NCBI GenBank assembly: GCA_037141195.1
Contig: JBAXCZ010000008.1
Span: 2,525 to 66,524, forward strand
Direction of reading: 5' to 3'
Length of the DNA stretch: 64,000 nucleotides
Source of the DNA: Clostridia bacterium
GTDB taxonomy: Bacteria > Bacillota > TC1 > JBAXCZ01
The first letter of the stretch is position 1, and the number at the start of each line of letters is the position of its first letter. Below are positions 39,443 through 48,948 of this stretch, in pieces. The position numbers were made by a program, and so were the translations under genes. The notes beneath the pieces were generated by a model. The model was not told the origin of the DNA. It made no database searches and saw only the letters and a list, made by a program, of their open reading frames with translations.

Positions 39443-40372
39443 TTATCTACGAGGTGCAAATGTGCTAATACTCGCAAGCTGTTCTATTAAAGCGTGTTCT
39501 TCAGGGCTTAATTCTTTGGGAACAACGATTTTTGTAACTACATAAAAATCGCCTAAACCACTTTTTTTAGGCCACCCTTTACCACGTATCCGGAACTTTT
39601 GACCTGTTTGTGTTCCTGGAGGAAAGGAAAGGCTAAGTTTACCATCTAAGGTAGCAACTTCAAGCTTCACTCCTAGCATGGCTTCCCATGGAGAAAGGTG
39701 AAAGGTAAGGTAGATATCATCATTCTCTAAGCGATAAGTATGGGAGGGGTGGACTGTTACTTGTATATGAATATCACCTTGTTTACTATTTTTACTACGA
39801 AGTTTGATTTTTCTGCCATCTTTAGTGCCTGCAGGAATTTTAACTTCTATTTCACTATTATTAACTGAGAGGGTGCGGCTAGTACCATGATATGCTTCTA
39901 AAAAGCTAATAGCGATATCTGCGCTCATGTCTCTCGGCGGAGCCTGTTGTTGCTGTCCACCAAAACCACCAAAATCAAAGCCTCTAGTCTGATTTGTAGA
40001 AGTGTAACCCCTGCCTTGTCCACTAGCGCCGTAGCTACTGCCATTGCCAAAAAGTGATTCAAAAAAATCACTAAAGCCACTACCACCAAAGCTTCCACCA
40101 CTAAAACCACCTTGAAAACCGCCAAAATCACCTTGATTTGCTCCAGCCTGCCAATTGCTGCCGAGCTGATCATAGCGTGTTCTTTTTTCAGGATCTTTTA
40201 GCACCTCATTAGCTTCGTTTAACTCCTTGAATTTTGCCTCAGCTTCTGGACTTTTATTAAGGTCAGGATGATATTTTTTTGCAAGCTTTTTATAAGCTTT
40301 TTGCAAATCTGCAGGGCTAGCATTCTTATCAATACCTAGAATTTTATAATAATCTTTATATTCGACACTCAT
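39443..40372 (-). CDS. cbpA: DnaJ class B / CbpA-like co-chaperone
   Basis: J-domain KDYYKILG..HPD, G/F-rich linker, no Zn finger, LSPWEAMLG and C-terminal FAPR. Confidence 0.8.
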   Translation of the reverse strand: MSVEYKDYYKILGIDKNASPADLQKAYKKLAKKYHPDLNKSPEAEAKFKELNEANEVLKDPEKRTRYDQLGSNWQAGANQGDFGGFQGGFSGGSFGGSGFSDFFESLFGNGSSYGASGQGRGYTSTNQTRGFDFGGFGGQQQQAPPRDMSADIAISFLEAYHGTSRTLSVNNSEIEVKIPAGTKDGRKIKLRSKNSKQGDIHIQVTVHPSHTYRLENDDIYLTFHLSPWEAMLGVKLEVATLDGKLSLSFPPGTQTGQKFRIRGKGWPKKSGLGDFYVVTKIVVPKELSPEEHALIEQLASISTFAPRR

Positions 40373-40388
40373 GTTCATCACTCCTAAT

Positions 40389-40405
40389 AGTCAGAAAAGG
40401 TCAAC
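40389..40405. promoter_or_regulatory. CtsR-like heptad direct repeat between cbpA promoter and RBS
   Basis: AGTCAGA-AAA-GGTCAAC vs consensus RGTCAAA-NAN-RGTCAAA; - strand promoter TTGACG(40447-42)-N16-TATAAT(40425-20). Confidence 0.6.
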
Positions 40406-40586
40406 TTGCTTATAACTTAATTATATACAAATTCTTTTCTGCGTCAATAGGAGATTAAGAGATACAGGCAAGGCACTTCTTGACAATCTTTTGTAAAACA
40501 TTTCACATTGATTAAAGAATATGTTATAATTTAAAAAGATATTCCAAAAGAATTTTGGAAATGGTAAAAATATAATTATAGTAGGA

Positions 40587-41117
40587 GTGTTGTTTAAGAT
40601 GGTAAAAAGCTCAAAAATGCAGGTTCTTGTAGATCAAAGCTTCTTAACAGTAGAGATGGCAGAATATTTAGAAGCATGCTTTGAAAAAAAAGTCAATGTA
40701 ATTATTGCAGGTCATCGCGGACACGGTATTATTCCACTTTTGGCTACTTGCATGACTTGTATCGACAAAAGCGATCTAAAAATGATTAAAAATGTAGAAG
40801 CAGATTTAGCTGTTGAAGTTGGCTATTATGTGTTAGGAGATTTGAAGGATGTTGATTTTGGTGCAGTCCTGACAAAAATATTTGTGGAAAAAAATGGGTC
40901 TGTAATCGCTATTAAGGATCCTGAACACGGATATTCACTGATGAAAATTTTAAGAGATGTTTACAATGCTAACAATGATAGTAAAAAAGAGTATATTATG
41001 GTGGAATGCAAGAAGATTGGTGAAGTTAAGAAAGTATGCAAAATTACCCATTTTGAGTTAGGTGAAAAAGGTAAAGTGGCCAAGCAAGATATTTTCAACG
41101 AACTTACTGCTGAATAG
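40587..41117 (+). CDS. Hypothetical protein, degenerate CpaF/TadA-like ATPase fragment
   Basis: FLTVEMAEYLEACFEKKVNVIIAGHRGHG resembles the TadA pre-Walker A segment but lacks GKT. Confidence 0.55.
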   Translation: MLFKMVKSSKMQVLVDQSFLTVEMAEYLEACFEKKVNVIIAGHRGHGIIPLLATCMTCIDKSDLKMIKNVEADLAVEVGYYVLGDLKDVDFGAVLTKIFVEKNGSVIAIKDPEHGYSLMKILRDVYNANNDSKKEYIMVECKKIGEVKKVCKITHFELGEKGKVAKQDIFNELTAE

Positions 41118-41144
41118 TGCGTCTATAATATTACCTTATAGTAC

Positions 41145-41282
41145 GGGGCTGTTGCAGAATAAGAGGGTGCAATTATGCACCGCTACATAAGGCTAAAGAG
41201 TTTAGCTAAGCAAATCCTGCATGGATTTGCTGTGTGGAAGTTGCCATTTCGGCAACCTTTATTTTGCAATATCCCTTTTTTT
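41145..41282 (+). other. Highly structured intergenic element (multi-branched RNA or IS1182-type MITE)
   Basis: Closing stem GGGGCTGTTGCAGAATAAGAGG/CCTTTATTTTGCAATATCCC enclosing four hairpins; followed by T-run. Confidence 0.55.
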
Positions 41283-41337
41283 GTTGTATGATACTCTTAT
41301 AGTTTTTGCTACAAAATCTACTGGTGAGGTGATACTA

Positions 41338-42744
41338 TTGTTAAAAATAAAAAAAGTAATTGCCAGCATCATACTCCTCTCTCTTGTTAGCACTTCAATT
41401 TTTGCAACTTCTCCCTTTACTGATGTCCCCGAGACACAGTTAAATGCTAAATCTATTTTACAGATGAACGCCAAGGGAATTGTCACCGGAAATACCTTAA
41501 CTAGCTTTGGCTTAAGTGGAACTGTTACTAAGGAGCAGGCTATAATTTTTTTAGTGCGAGTTTTAGGAGCTGAAGGTTTGGTTGGCAATTATAAGCTTCC
41601 TAGTGATTTTATCAACCCTCAAAATGTTGCAAGTTGGGCGACTGGATATCTTGCCTACGCTATCGATAAAAAAATAGTAATGGGAATCAATCAAATTGAT
41701 TTTCAACCGAAGCGTGCTATCTTTAGGTTTGAGTTAGCAGTATATTTAGCCAGGGCTTTGGGATATTCTTTAGCTGCTGGGAATACAGTTGATCTTCCTG
41801 TCTTTGTGGATGAAACACTTAACCGTGATTTAGCCTATAGCGCAAAGCTAGCTATAGGACTGCTTGTAAAAAACAAAATAATAACAGTGGAAAAAACAAC
41901 CACTGGTAAATTTAATTATGCGGCTACTGGATTAGTCACTAGAGAAGAAATTGCTGTTATTATGAAAAATGTAGATAAACAGCTAGATAAATTTGCAAGC
42001 AGAGCATTTGTGGGAACGGTTACTTATATCAATACAGGGAATCCTCGTGAATTCCGCTTAAATACTGCTGATGGATTATTTAAGGATTATATTTTAGCTG
42101 ATAATACGCCGTTTTTTGTAGGAAATATGCTTGTTGAAAATGCTCTTCTCTATCAGGCGCTGCGTGTTATTGAAGGTAAAGACAAAACACTTGCCTATGC
42201 AGAAACTATTACAAGCACAGAACCAGGGCTAGCTTTAAGTACTGTAACTGGAAGGATTACTGCTATTCCCAATCTTTCCCCAATGGCTATTAAATTGCAA
42301 AATTTACAAGGCAAGGAAACGATGTTTTTGGTAGATAAGTCTGCTAGTTATACCAATGCAGGCGTCGTTACAGCTATTGATAAGCTGAAAATAAATCAAG
42401 AAGTGAGCTTTAACTTACAAGGACCTTTTATCATGAAAGTAAAGAGTGGATTAACCACTATCAGTGCAGTTACCACTGCCCCTGCAGTTACCACTGCCCC
42501 TGCAGTTACGATACCAACTAATACTGAAGTTTGGAAAGATTTTCAGGTTGTCGCTGTTCAATCATTAGAAAACAATTACATTAAAGTAAGCTGTTTAGAT
42601 TTGGGCAACAACAAGAAGAAAACTATAGTTGTTTATAATAAATTGAATATTTCCTTAGAACTACGCGTAGGTGGAATCTTCAAGGCATTAGGTATAAATG
42701 TGGAAAACACACTTTACGCAAAGCTCTTACAAAAAGTAGAGTAG
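41338..42744 (+). CDS. S-layer homology (SLH) domain surface protein
   Basis: Signal peptide, FTDVP, VTKEQ, WATGYL, IFRFE and VTREE SLH-type motifs; TTG start after GAGGTG. Confidence 0.8.
   Translation: MLKIKKVIASIILLSLVSTSIFATSPFTDVPETQLNAKSILQMNAKGIVTGNTLTSFGLSGTVTKEQAIIFLVRVLGAEGLVGNYKLPSDFINPQNVASWATGYLAYAIDKKIVMGINQIDFQPKRAIFRFELAVYLARALGYSLAAGNTVDLPVFVDETLNRDLAYSAKLAIGLLVKNKIITVEKTTTGKFNYAATGLVTREEIAVIMKNVDKQLDKFASRAFVGTVTYINTGNPREFRLNTADGLFKDYILADNTPFFVGNMLVENALLYQALRVIEGKDKTLAYAETITSTEPGLALSTVTGRITAIPNLSPMAIKLQNLQGKETMFLVDKSASYTNAGVVTAIDKLKINQEVSFNLQGPFIMKVKSGLTTISAVTTAPAVTTAPAVTIPTNTEVWKDFQVVAVQSLENNYIKVSCLDLGNNKKKTIVVYNKLNISLELRVGGIFKALGINVENTLYAKLLQKVE
42465..42509 (+). repeat. 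18-bp tandem repeat (2.5 copies) encoding AVTTAP
   Basis: TGCAGTTACCACTGCCCC x2 + TGCAGTTAC. Confidence 0.85.
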
Positions 42745-42792
42745 GAATAATTGGAATTATTACATTAATAAATGGCGTAAGGAGGTAATGAC

Positions 42793-45700
42793 ATGCTTAA
42801 GATTGCTTGGCGAAAATGGAGTCAAATAATCTTACTTGTTATCGCCTCCTTTTTGTGTATATTTAGAGTAGATGCAGTAACTATAGCCGATGGCTGGGCA
42901 AAAGCTGAAATTGAGGCAACAGTTGCCTTAGGAGTGATGCAAGGTTATCCAGACCAGAACTTCTATGCTGAAAAAAATATTACTAGAGCAGAGTTAACTG
43001 TAGTTCTGACTAGGATGTTAGATGTAAATGCCTTGTCTAAAGAGCTAATGAAAACAGAAACACAATTTAAGGATGTGCCTGTAACCCATTGGGCTACTGG
43101 AGAAGTTCAGCTTTTGTATGAAATGGGCTATGTAAAAGGCTATTCTAATTCTAGCTTTCTGCCTAAGAAGAATGTTACTAGGGAGGAACTTGCTGCCTTT
43201 TTTGCCAGAATTTTAACTTCTTACAATGATGTTGGTCAGCAAAGAGCTATCGCAGATGAAACAGCTCTTGCTTCTTGGTCTAGCTATGGTGTACAAAGGA
43301 TGGTAGACTTAGGCGTATTAATTCTTAACAAAGAGCAAATGTTTTTACCAAAAGTAGCAGCAACTAGAGCAGATGTTGCTTATGGTGCTTTGCAAGTTCT
43401 TAGCTTGCTTGGTAAAAACTACCATTTAGCTGGTGAAGTTCTTTCTTATGATAGAATTAATGGAAAACTAAAGTTGTTTGTCCAAGGTGAAACCTGCACC
43501 ATTACTCTAGAAAGTGGTTACTTAGTAAGAGGTCTTGTGAATAAATTTGCTAAAGTGCTGCTAAGCCCTGATGGCAAAGGATTGCAGGTGGAGTTTACTA
43601 AAGATTTTGTAAATGTACAAATAAGAGAATTACTAACAGCAAAAACAATTCAAAGCACTCAAGAAGAGCAGACTGCTGGGAAACTTTCTATGGATTTGCC
43701 ACAGGAGAATAATTCTTATAGCAAGGCAGAGATTCAAAAAGGTATAGCCTTAAATAAAAGTATCTTAGGAACGGACACCTTTGCTAAAGCGAATGGGGTA
43801 GATGGTAAGGGACAATTAGTTGCTGTTTTAGATAGTGGAATTGATCTTTTGCATCCAGATTTACAGCTTACTACGGATGGAAAAACGAAAATTAAAAATG
43901 TTATTGATTTAACTGATGAAGGACTAATTGAGCGTCAAGGATTTTTACAGTTTAATGCTACTAGTATGCTCTACAGTGCAGCAGGTAAAAATATTGAGCT
44001 AGGTTCTCTGATAAGCGTTAGTGGTAAACCTGCTTATGGAACTTTAAGTGAAGCAAAGTTGGGTCTTGATATAAACTTAAATGGCAATAAGCTAGATGAA
44101 TTTATGGTGCTTTTTTTAGATAGCAAACAGGCTGGGAAATATGATACTGTTGCCATTGATACTAATCAGGATTTTAATTTTGCACAAGAAAAGCAAATAG
44201 GAAATTATGCTACTACTAAAAATAAAATTGCCTGGCAAAAAGGCGAGAAAAGTTTTGCGCTTTGCCTTACAGAATTATGGGTAAGCGGCTTGCAAGCTAA
44301 ACTCAGCTTTGACGGTGATGGACATGGTACTAAGGTGGCCGGTATTATAGGTGCCAATGGAACTTTAAGTGGTATTGCCCCTGGTTCACAGCTCTTAGTT
44401 ATCAAAATAGTCGATAAGAATGGACAAATTAGCTGGAATAATTTAGAGCAAGGTATTAAAATTGCCGTTGAGCAAGGTGCAACCATTGTTAATTTAAGCG
44501 TAGGTGCTTACGGGAGAGCAGATTTTGGAAGTAATTCACTAAATTATTTAGTAGATAAATATAGCCAAGAAAATAAAGTTTACTTTGCTATTGCTGCAGG
44601 AAATGAAGGACCAGGCTTAAATTCTTTGGCTACACCTGGGGACGCAAAATCTGCTTTTAGCGTAGGCGCATATATTAGTGCTAGTATGTGGAGGCAAAAC
44701 TATGGCTTGAATATTTTAAGTGATAGTATGTGGTATTATAGTTCAGTAGGTAGTAGGGGAGATGGCTATATAGCGCCAACTATTGTAGCCCCTGGTTCAG
44801 TGATTACCACGGTACCAACTTGGCAAGGTAGCTATTTAAGGACTGAAGGGACTAGTGTGGCAACTCCACATATTGCTGGTGCACTTGCGTTGATTTTAGA
44901 ATGTGCAGAAAAAAATCAGGTGCGGCTTTCTCCGGAGCTATTGAAAAGGGCAGTGATTAATAGTGCTAGAGTAATGCCCAATTTTTCGGTTTATGAAACT
45001 GGTTTTGGCACATTAAATATCTTTGGGGCTTGGGAAAATACACTAAAGCTTTCCCCTTATTTATATCTAAGAAATAGCCAACAAACAAACGAATTTCCAC
45101 ATGCCTATGGAATTATAGCTAGAGAATATGAACCGAAAACTGTAGCCTTTGAAATTAGTAATGTGGGTACTAAAGTGCGTAACTTGTTCTGGTATAGCAA
45201 GGATGCTTGGGTGAAACCTAATATGAACGCCATGCGCATCGCTGGGGGAGCTAAAAGAACACTCTTGGTAGATTATAATTTGCCCGCTAAGCCAGGAATT
45301 TATGCTACAACTCTCAGTGGGAGAATGTTAGATTCCTATGCTCCAGAGGTGTCAATTTTTTCTCTAGCAGTGCAGCCATATCGTTTTTCTTTTGGTCAGC
45401 AAAATCAATCAATTAGTGAAAGTGCACCTGCTGCTCAATATAAGCGCTATTATTTTGCTGTTGAAGAAGGAACTACTAACTTGCTCTTAAAGCTAGCTGT
45501 GATTAAGACCAGCAGTTATTTTCAAGGAAGGGTGAGGATGCAGATTTTTGCTCCAGATGGTAGTTCTTATGCAATTAGTGATTTTACTGGCTTAAGCTTT
45601 CAAGATGAGAAGTTAGGAACTCTAGTTGAGCAAAATATTCTCAGGCCTCAGGCAGGAGCATGGGAAGTTGTTGTTTACAGTTCACCTATGATTGCAGAGT

Positions 45701-45975
45701 TTGGTTTGTTAAAATCTGATTATCAACTAACCGCAGAGGTCGGAACTATTACTAAGCCGATACTTAGCTATAATAAGCATTTCATCATTACATTTGTGGA
45801 AAATAGGGATGCTCTTATGACTGAAGGCTTCTCCTTACATTTGCTTAATAAGGCTACATTAAAACCAGTAGCTGGGTATGTTGTAATCAATAAAAAATTA
45901 TATTATATCAAAAATGGCTGGGTATCATTACCTGCCACAGCGAGAGCAGAGGAGTATGAGGTGACCCTATGGTAG
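42793..45975 (+). CDS. SLH-anchored S8 (subtilisin/TPPII-like) serine protease
   Basis: Three SLH motifs (ITRAE, VTREE, ATRAD); catalytic VLDSG, HGTKVAG and GTSVATP; AAGNEGP. Confidence 0.9.
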   Translation: MLKIAWRKWSQIILLVIASFLCIFRVDAVTIADGWAKAEIEATVALGVMQGYPDQNFYAEKNITRAELTVVLTRMLDVNALSKELMKTETQFKDVPVTHWATGEVQLLYEMGYVKGYSNSSFLPKKNVTREELAAFFARILTSYNDVGQQRAIADETALASWSSYGVQRMVDLGVLILNKEQMFLPKVAATRADVAYGALQVLSLLGKNYHLAGEVLSYDRINGKLKLFVQGETCTITLESGYLVRGLVNKFAKVLLSPDGKGLQVEFTKDFVNVQIRELLTAKTIQSTQEEQTAGKLSMDLPQENNSYSKAEIQKGIALNKSILGTDTFAKANGVDGKGQLVAVLDSGIDLLHPDLQLTTDGKTKIKNVIDLTDEGLIERQGFLQFNATSMLYSAAGKNIELGSLISVSGKPAYGTLSEAKLGLDINLNGNKLDEFMVLFLDSKQAGKYDTVAIDTNQDFNFAQEKQIGNYATTKNKIAWQKGEKSFALCLTELWVSGLQAKLSFDGDGHGTKVAGIIGANGTLSGIAPGSQLLVIKIVDKNGQISWNNLEQGIKIAVEQGATIVNLSVGAYGRADFGSNSLNYLVDKYSQENKVYFAIAAGNEGPGLNSLATPGDAKSAFSVGAYISASMWRQNYGLNILSDSMWYYSSVGSRGDGYIAPTIVAPGSVITTVPTWQGSYLRTEGTSVATPHIAGALALILECAEKNQVRLSPELLKRAVINSARVMPNFSVYETGFGTLNIFGAWENTLKLSPYLYLRNSQQTNEFPHAYGIIAREYEPKTVAFEISNVGTKVRNLFWYSKDAWVKPNMNAMRIAGGAKRTLLVDYNLPAKPGIYATTLSGRMLDSYAPEVSIFSLAVQPYRFSFGQQNQSISESAPAAQYKRYYFAVEEGTTNLLLKLAVIKTSSYFQGRVRMQIFAPDGSSYAISDFTGLSFQDEKLGTLVEQNILRPQAGAWEVVVYSSPMIAEFGLLKSDYQLTAEVGTITKPILSYNKHFIITFVENRDALMTEGFSLHLLNKATLKPVAGYVVINKKLYYIKNGWVSLPATARAEEYEVTLW

Positions 45976-47900
45976 AAGAAAAAAATATTAAGAAACCAAT
46001 TTATCTTATAATCACAATTTTAATTATTGTGGCAATTATTGCTGCAACATTACAAATCGGTCTAAGAATTAAGTCTGAGAATGCTAATGGAAATATTGAA
46101 ACAGTCATTGATATGACAGAAATAAACTGGTTAGCTGATACATTAAATATTAGTCAAAAAGAAATACTAACACAATTCAAGACTCATCAAGCTACTACTG
46201 TGCTCTTAAAAGAACAGTTAATTAGCGATATTGATAAACAGGCAAGTGTGCGTAGCGGGTCTGATTTGTTAATGTTTGGAAATATAGCGGTAGATTTACA
46301 ACAAAAAATCAAACCTGATTATAATTATCTCGTAATAAGTGATAAAGAAACTTATTTGCGTATTGCTGAACAGCTACAAATAAAAACAAAAACAGTTGAA
46401 CTATTGCCAGCACTTGAAGATAGTCAAATGAATTTGATTGGCACACCATTGTCTTATGCTAACCTTAATATTATTGGGATTGGTTTTGATACAAAGGAGT
46501 TTAAGCTTGCCAAAAGCCTTGGGTTTGAGGTGGTACTACAGGTTCGTAGTTTTAGTATTTTAGATGATATTTCTTTGGAAAAATATTTTATGAGTATTAG
46601 AAACTTAGGTGACGTACATAATTTAATGTTTAGTGATGAGACTATTCTAGGTTATCCACAAAATATGGATAAATTGGTTGAAGCATTTACTAAGCATGAT
46701 TTTAACCTTGTGTCAGTAGAGTTTTACAAGCAAAAAGGCATTGATGCTCTAGCCAATAAATTAGATGGAAGAGTTATTCGCCTGCATACAGTTCCTATAG
46801 AAGAGATGAAAAAAACTTCAGTCAACATGGCTTATGACCGTTTTCTTTTAGGGGCAAAGGATAGAAACATGCGTATGCTTTTAGTGCATTTTTACTTTGA
46901 TAGCGACCAATTAGTTTTAGAAAATAATTTGAAACTAGTTGATGATATTGCTAAGGGTGTTCAGGATTATGGGTTTACGCTTGGAGCTGCTAACCCAGTG
47001 CAGCTAAAGCCAATTGCCAATTGGCAAGCCTTATTAATTGGATTTGGAGTAATTGCTTTTTCTTATCTTTTGTTTGTTTACTTGCATTGGAAAAGAGTGG
47101 GATTTTTCCTCTGTAGTTTGGGTTTACTAGCTTGGTTAGTCTTGTTTTTTATTGGCTATAGTAGCATGCTCAGAAATCTAATGGCTTTAGCTGCTGGAAC
47201 TATAATTCCGACTGTAGGTATGCTAAATATGCTCAAGCAAGACCACCCAAGTCTTGCAATAGCACTGAAGCGCTTTTTGAAAATGACACTTTGCACAAGT
47301 ATTAGTATTGCCTTTTTGGTCGCATTAGTATCTAATGATGATTATATGTCTATGACTAATGAATTCTCAGGTATTAAAATTATTTTGTTAGCTCCGGTAA
47401 TGCTAACCTTCCTAATGATGTTTTACAAACATGAAAAAGAACATTTATCATTTTATGTGCGTACTATTTGGAAGAAACCATTAACTATTGGGCTAACCTG
47501 TTTAGGAATTGCCTTACTCGGAGTAATGGCAATTTATCTCTTGCGCAGTGGCAACGATGCGCTGCAAGTCTCTAATTTAGAACTCAGTTTTCGCAGGGGA
47601 TTAGATAAATTACTTTTGGCAAGACCACGCACAAAAGAGTTTCTTTTGCATCCATTTATGTTATTTGCTTTATACTATGGTAGCACAAAGAGTAAAATTA
47701 TTTTAGTATTATTAGGTTCAATTGCTCAAGCTTCGATGGTTAATACTTTTTGTCATTTTCATACTCCGCTGTTTATTTCTGCTTTAAGGACGGTACATGG
47801 ATTGTGGATAGGCTTGCTCCTTGGGGTAGTGGCTATTTTAAGCTTCGATTTTCTTTGGAAAAAGTATGGTAAGGAAGTGAAGCGCTATTTTGTGGAATAA
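45969..47900 (+). CDS. DUF5693-like membrane protein
   Basis: N-terminal TM, soluble domain (VEF..QKG, RLH, DRNMR), multi-TM C-terminus with RSGN, RPRTKEFL and NTFCHFHTP; upstream of csaB. Confidence 0.7.
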   Translation: MVEEKNIKKPIYLIITILIIVAIIAATLQIGLRIKSENANGNIETVIDMTEINWLADTLNISQKEILTQFKTHQATTVLLKEQLISDIDKQASVRSGSDLLMFGNIAVDLQQKIKPDYNYLVISDKETYLRIAEQLQIKTKTVELLPALEDSQMNLIGTPLSYANLNIIGIGFDTKEFKLAKSLGFEVVLQVRSFSILDDISLEKYFMSIRNLGDVHNLMFSDETILGYPQNMDKLVEAFTKHDFNLVSVEFYKQKGIDALANKLDGRVIRLHTVPIEEMKKTSVNMAYDRFLLGAKDRNMRMLLVHFYFDSDQLVLENNLKLVDDIAKGVQDYGFTLGAANPVQLKPIANWQALLIGFGVIAFSYLLFVYLHWKRVGFFLCSLGLLAWLVLFFIGYSSMLRNLMALAAGTIIPTVGMLNMLKQDHPSLAIALKRFLKMTLCTSISIAFLVALVSNDDYMSMTNEFSGIKIILLAPVMLTFLMMFYKHEKEHLSFYVRTIWKKPLTIGLTCLGIALLGVMAIYLLRSGNDALQVSNLELSFRRGLDKLLLARPRTKEFLLHPFMLFALYYGSTKSKIILVLLGSIAQASMVNTFCHFHTPLFISALRTVHGLWIGLLLGVVAILSFDFLWKKYGKEVKRYFVE

Positions 47901-48933
47901 AGTAGTAATAGCGGGATATTTTGGTTTTCAAAATATGGGTGATGAAGCAGTGTTATATAGTGAAATAAAAATGCTAAGAGCGTTGCAACCTAACATAGAA
48001 ATCCAAGTTTTATCAAATGAACCAGTTGTAACAAGTGCAATTTATCAAGTTAAGTCTGTTAATCGTTGGAAGCTTATACAAGTAATATCTGCGTTAAGCA
48101 AAACTGATGTATTCATCTTAGGTGGTGGCAGCCTCTTTCAAGACGTTAATAGTTTGAAAAGCATCATCTATTATTATGGAATTACGCAGCTTGCCCTCTG
48201 GCTACATAAGCCTGTCATTTTTTTCGGACAAGGGTTTGGTCCATTAAATAGTAAAATAGCCCAAAAGCTTGTAAAACGTATCTGTAATAAAGTGAGTAGT
48301 ATTAATTTGCGTGATGAGGATTCACTAAGGCTTTTACAAAAAATCGGGGTTACTGCTAAAATGAAAGTTACAGCAGATTCTGTTTTCGCGCTTGCAAAGC
48401 CTAATGCTTGCAAGCCTAGAACCAGTCGCATTGCTTTCGTGATGAGAAGTTGGAAAAATAAAGAGAGCTATTGTGCAAGCATAGCAAAATTAGCGGATAA
48501 ACTAATAGTTGAGGGTTGGACTGTAGAATTTTTAGCTTTTCATTTACCACAAGACGAAGAAATTGCTAAATATATTATGGGGCTGATGAAACAGACAGCA
48601 GTTTTGAGAGAACGAATTACAAGTGTAGCTGCAATGGAAATAGCACTTGCAGAATATGATTTAGTAATTGGCATGCGGTTACATGCCCTAATTATGGCTG
48701 CAAATGTGCATACGCCTTCTATTGGAATAAGCTATGACCCTAAAGTTAGTAGCTTAATGGACAACCTGCAACTGCCATATTATAATTGTGAAACAGAGCT
48801 TTGTGTAGCTGATTTAATGTCAACAATAGCTGACATGATGAACAATTATGAAAAAATAGTTACTGAATTATCCATTCGAGTAGCAAAATTCGCAAACATT
48901 GCAAAAATTGCCATGCAAGATAATTTTGAATAA
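47890..48933 (+). CDS. csaB: Polysaccharide pyruvyl transferase CsaB
   Basis: GYFGFQNMGDEA, GGGSLFQD, QGFGPL, LRDEDS, GMRLHALI and SYDPKV. Confidence 0.9.
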   Translation: MWNKVVIAGYFGFQNMGDEAVLYSEIKMLRALQPNIEIQVLSNEPVVTSAIYQVKSVNRWKLIQVISALSKTDVFILGGGSLFQDVNSLKSIIYYYGITQLALWLHKPVIFFGQGFGPLNSKIAQKLVKRICNKVSSINLRDEDSLRLLQKIGVTAKMKVTADSVFALAKPNACKPRTSRIAFVMRSWKNKESYCASIAKLADKLIVEGWTVEFLAFHLPQDEEIAKYIMGLMKQTAVLRERITSVAAMEIALAEYDLVIGMRLHALIMAANVHTPSIGISYDPKVSSLMDNLQLPYYNCETELCVADLMSTIADMMNNYEKIVTELSIRVAKFANIAKIAMQDNFE

Positions 48934-48948
48934 AGTGGAGGAGATAAG

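Noticed and set aside
41221-41337. N-terminal extension of the SLH protein from ATG 41221
   Set aside because: It overlaps the structured element; the RBS and signal peptide support the TTG start at 41338.
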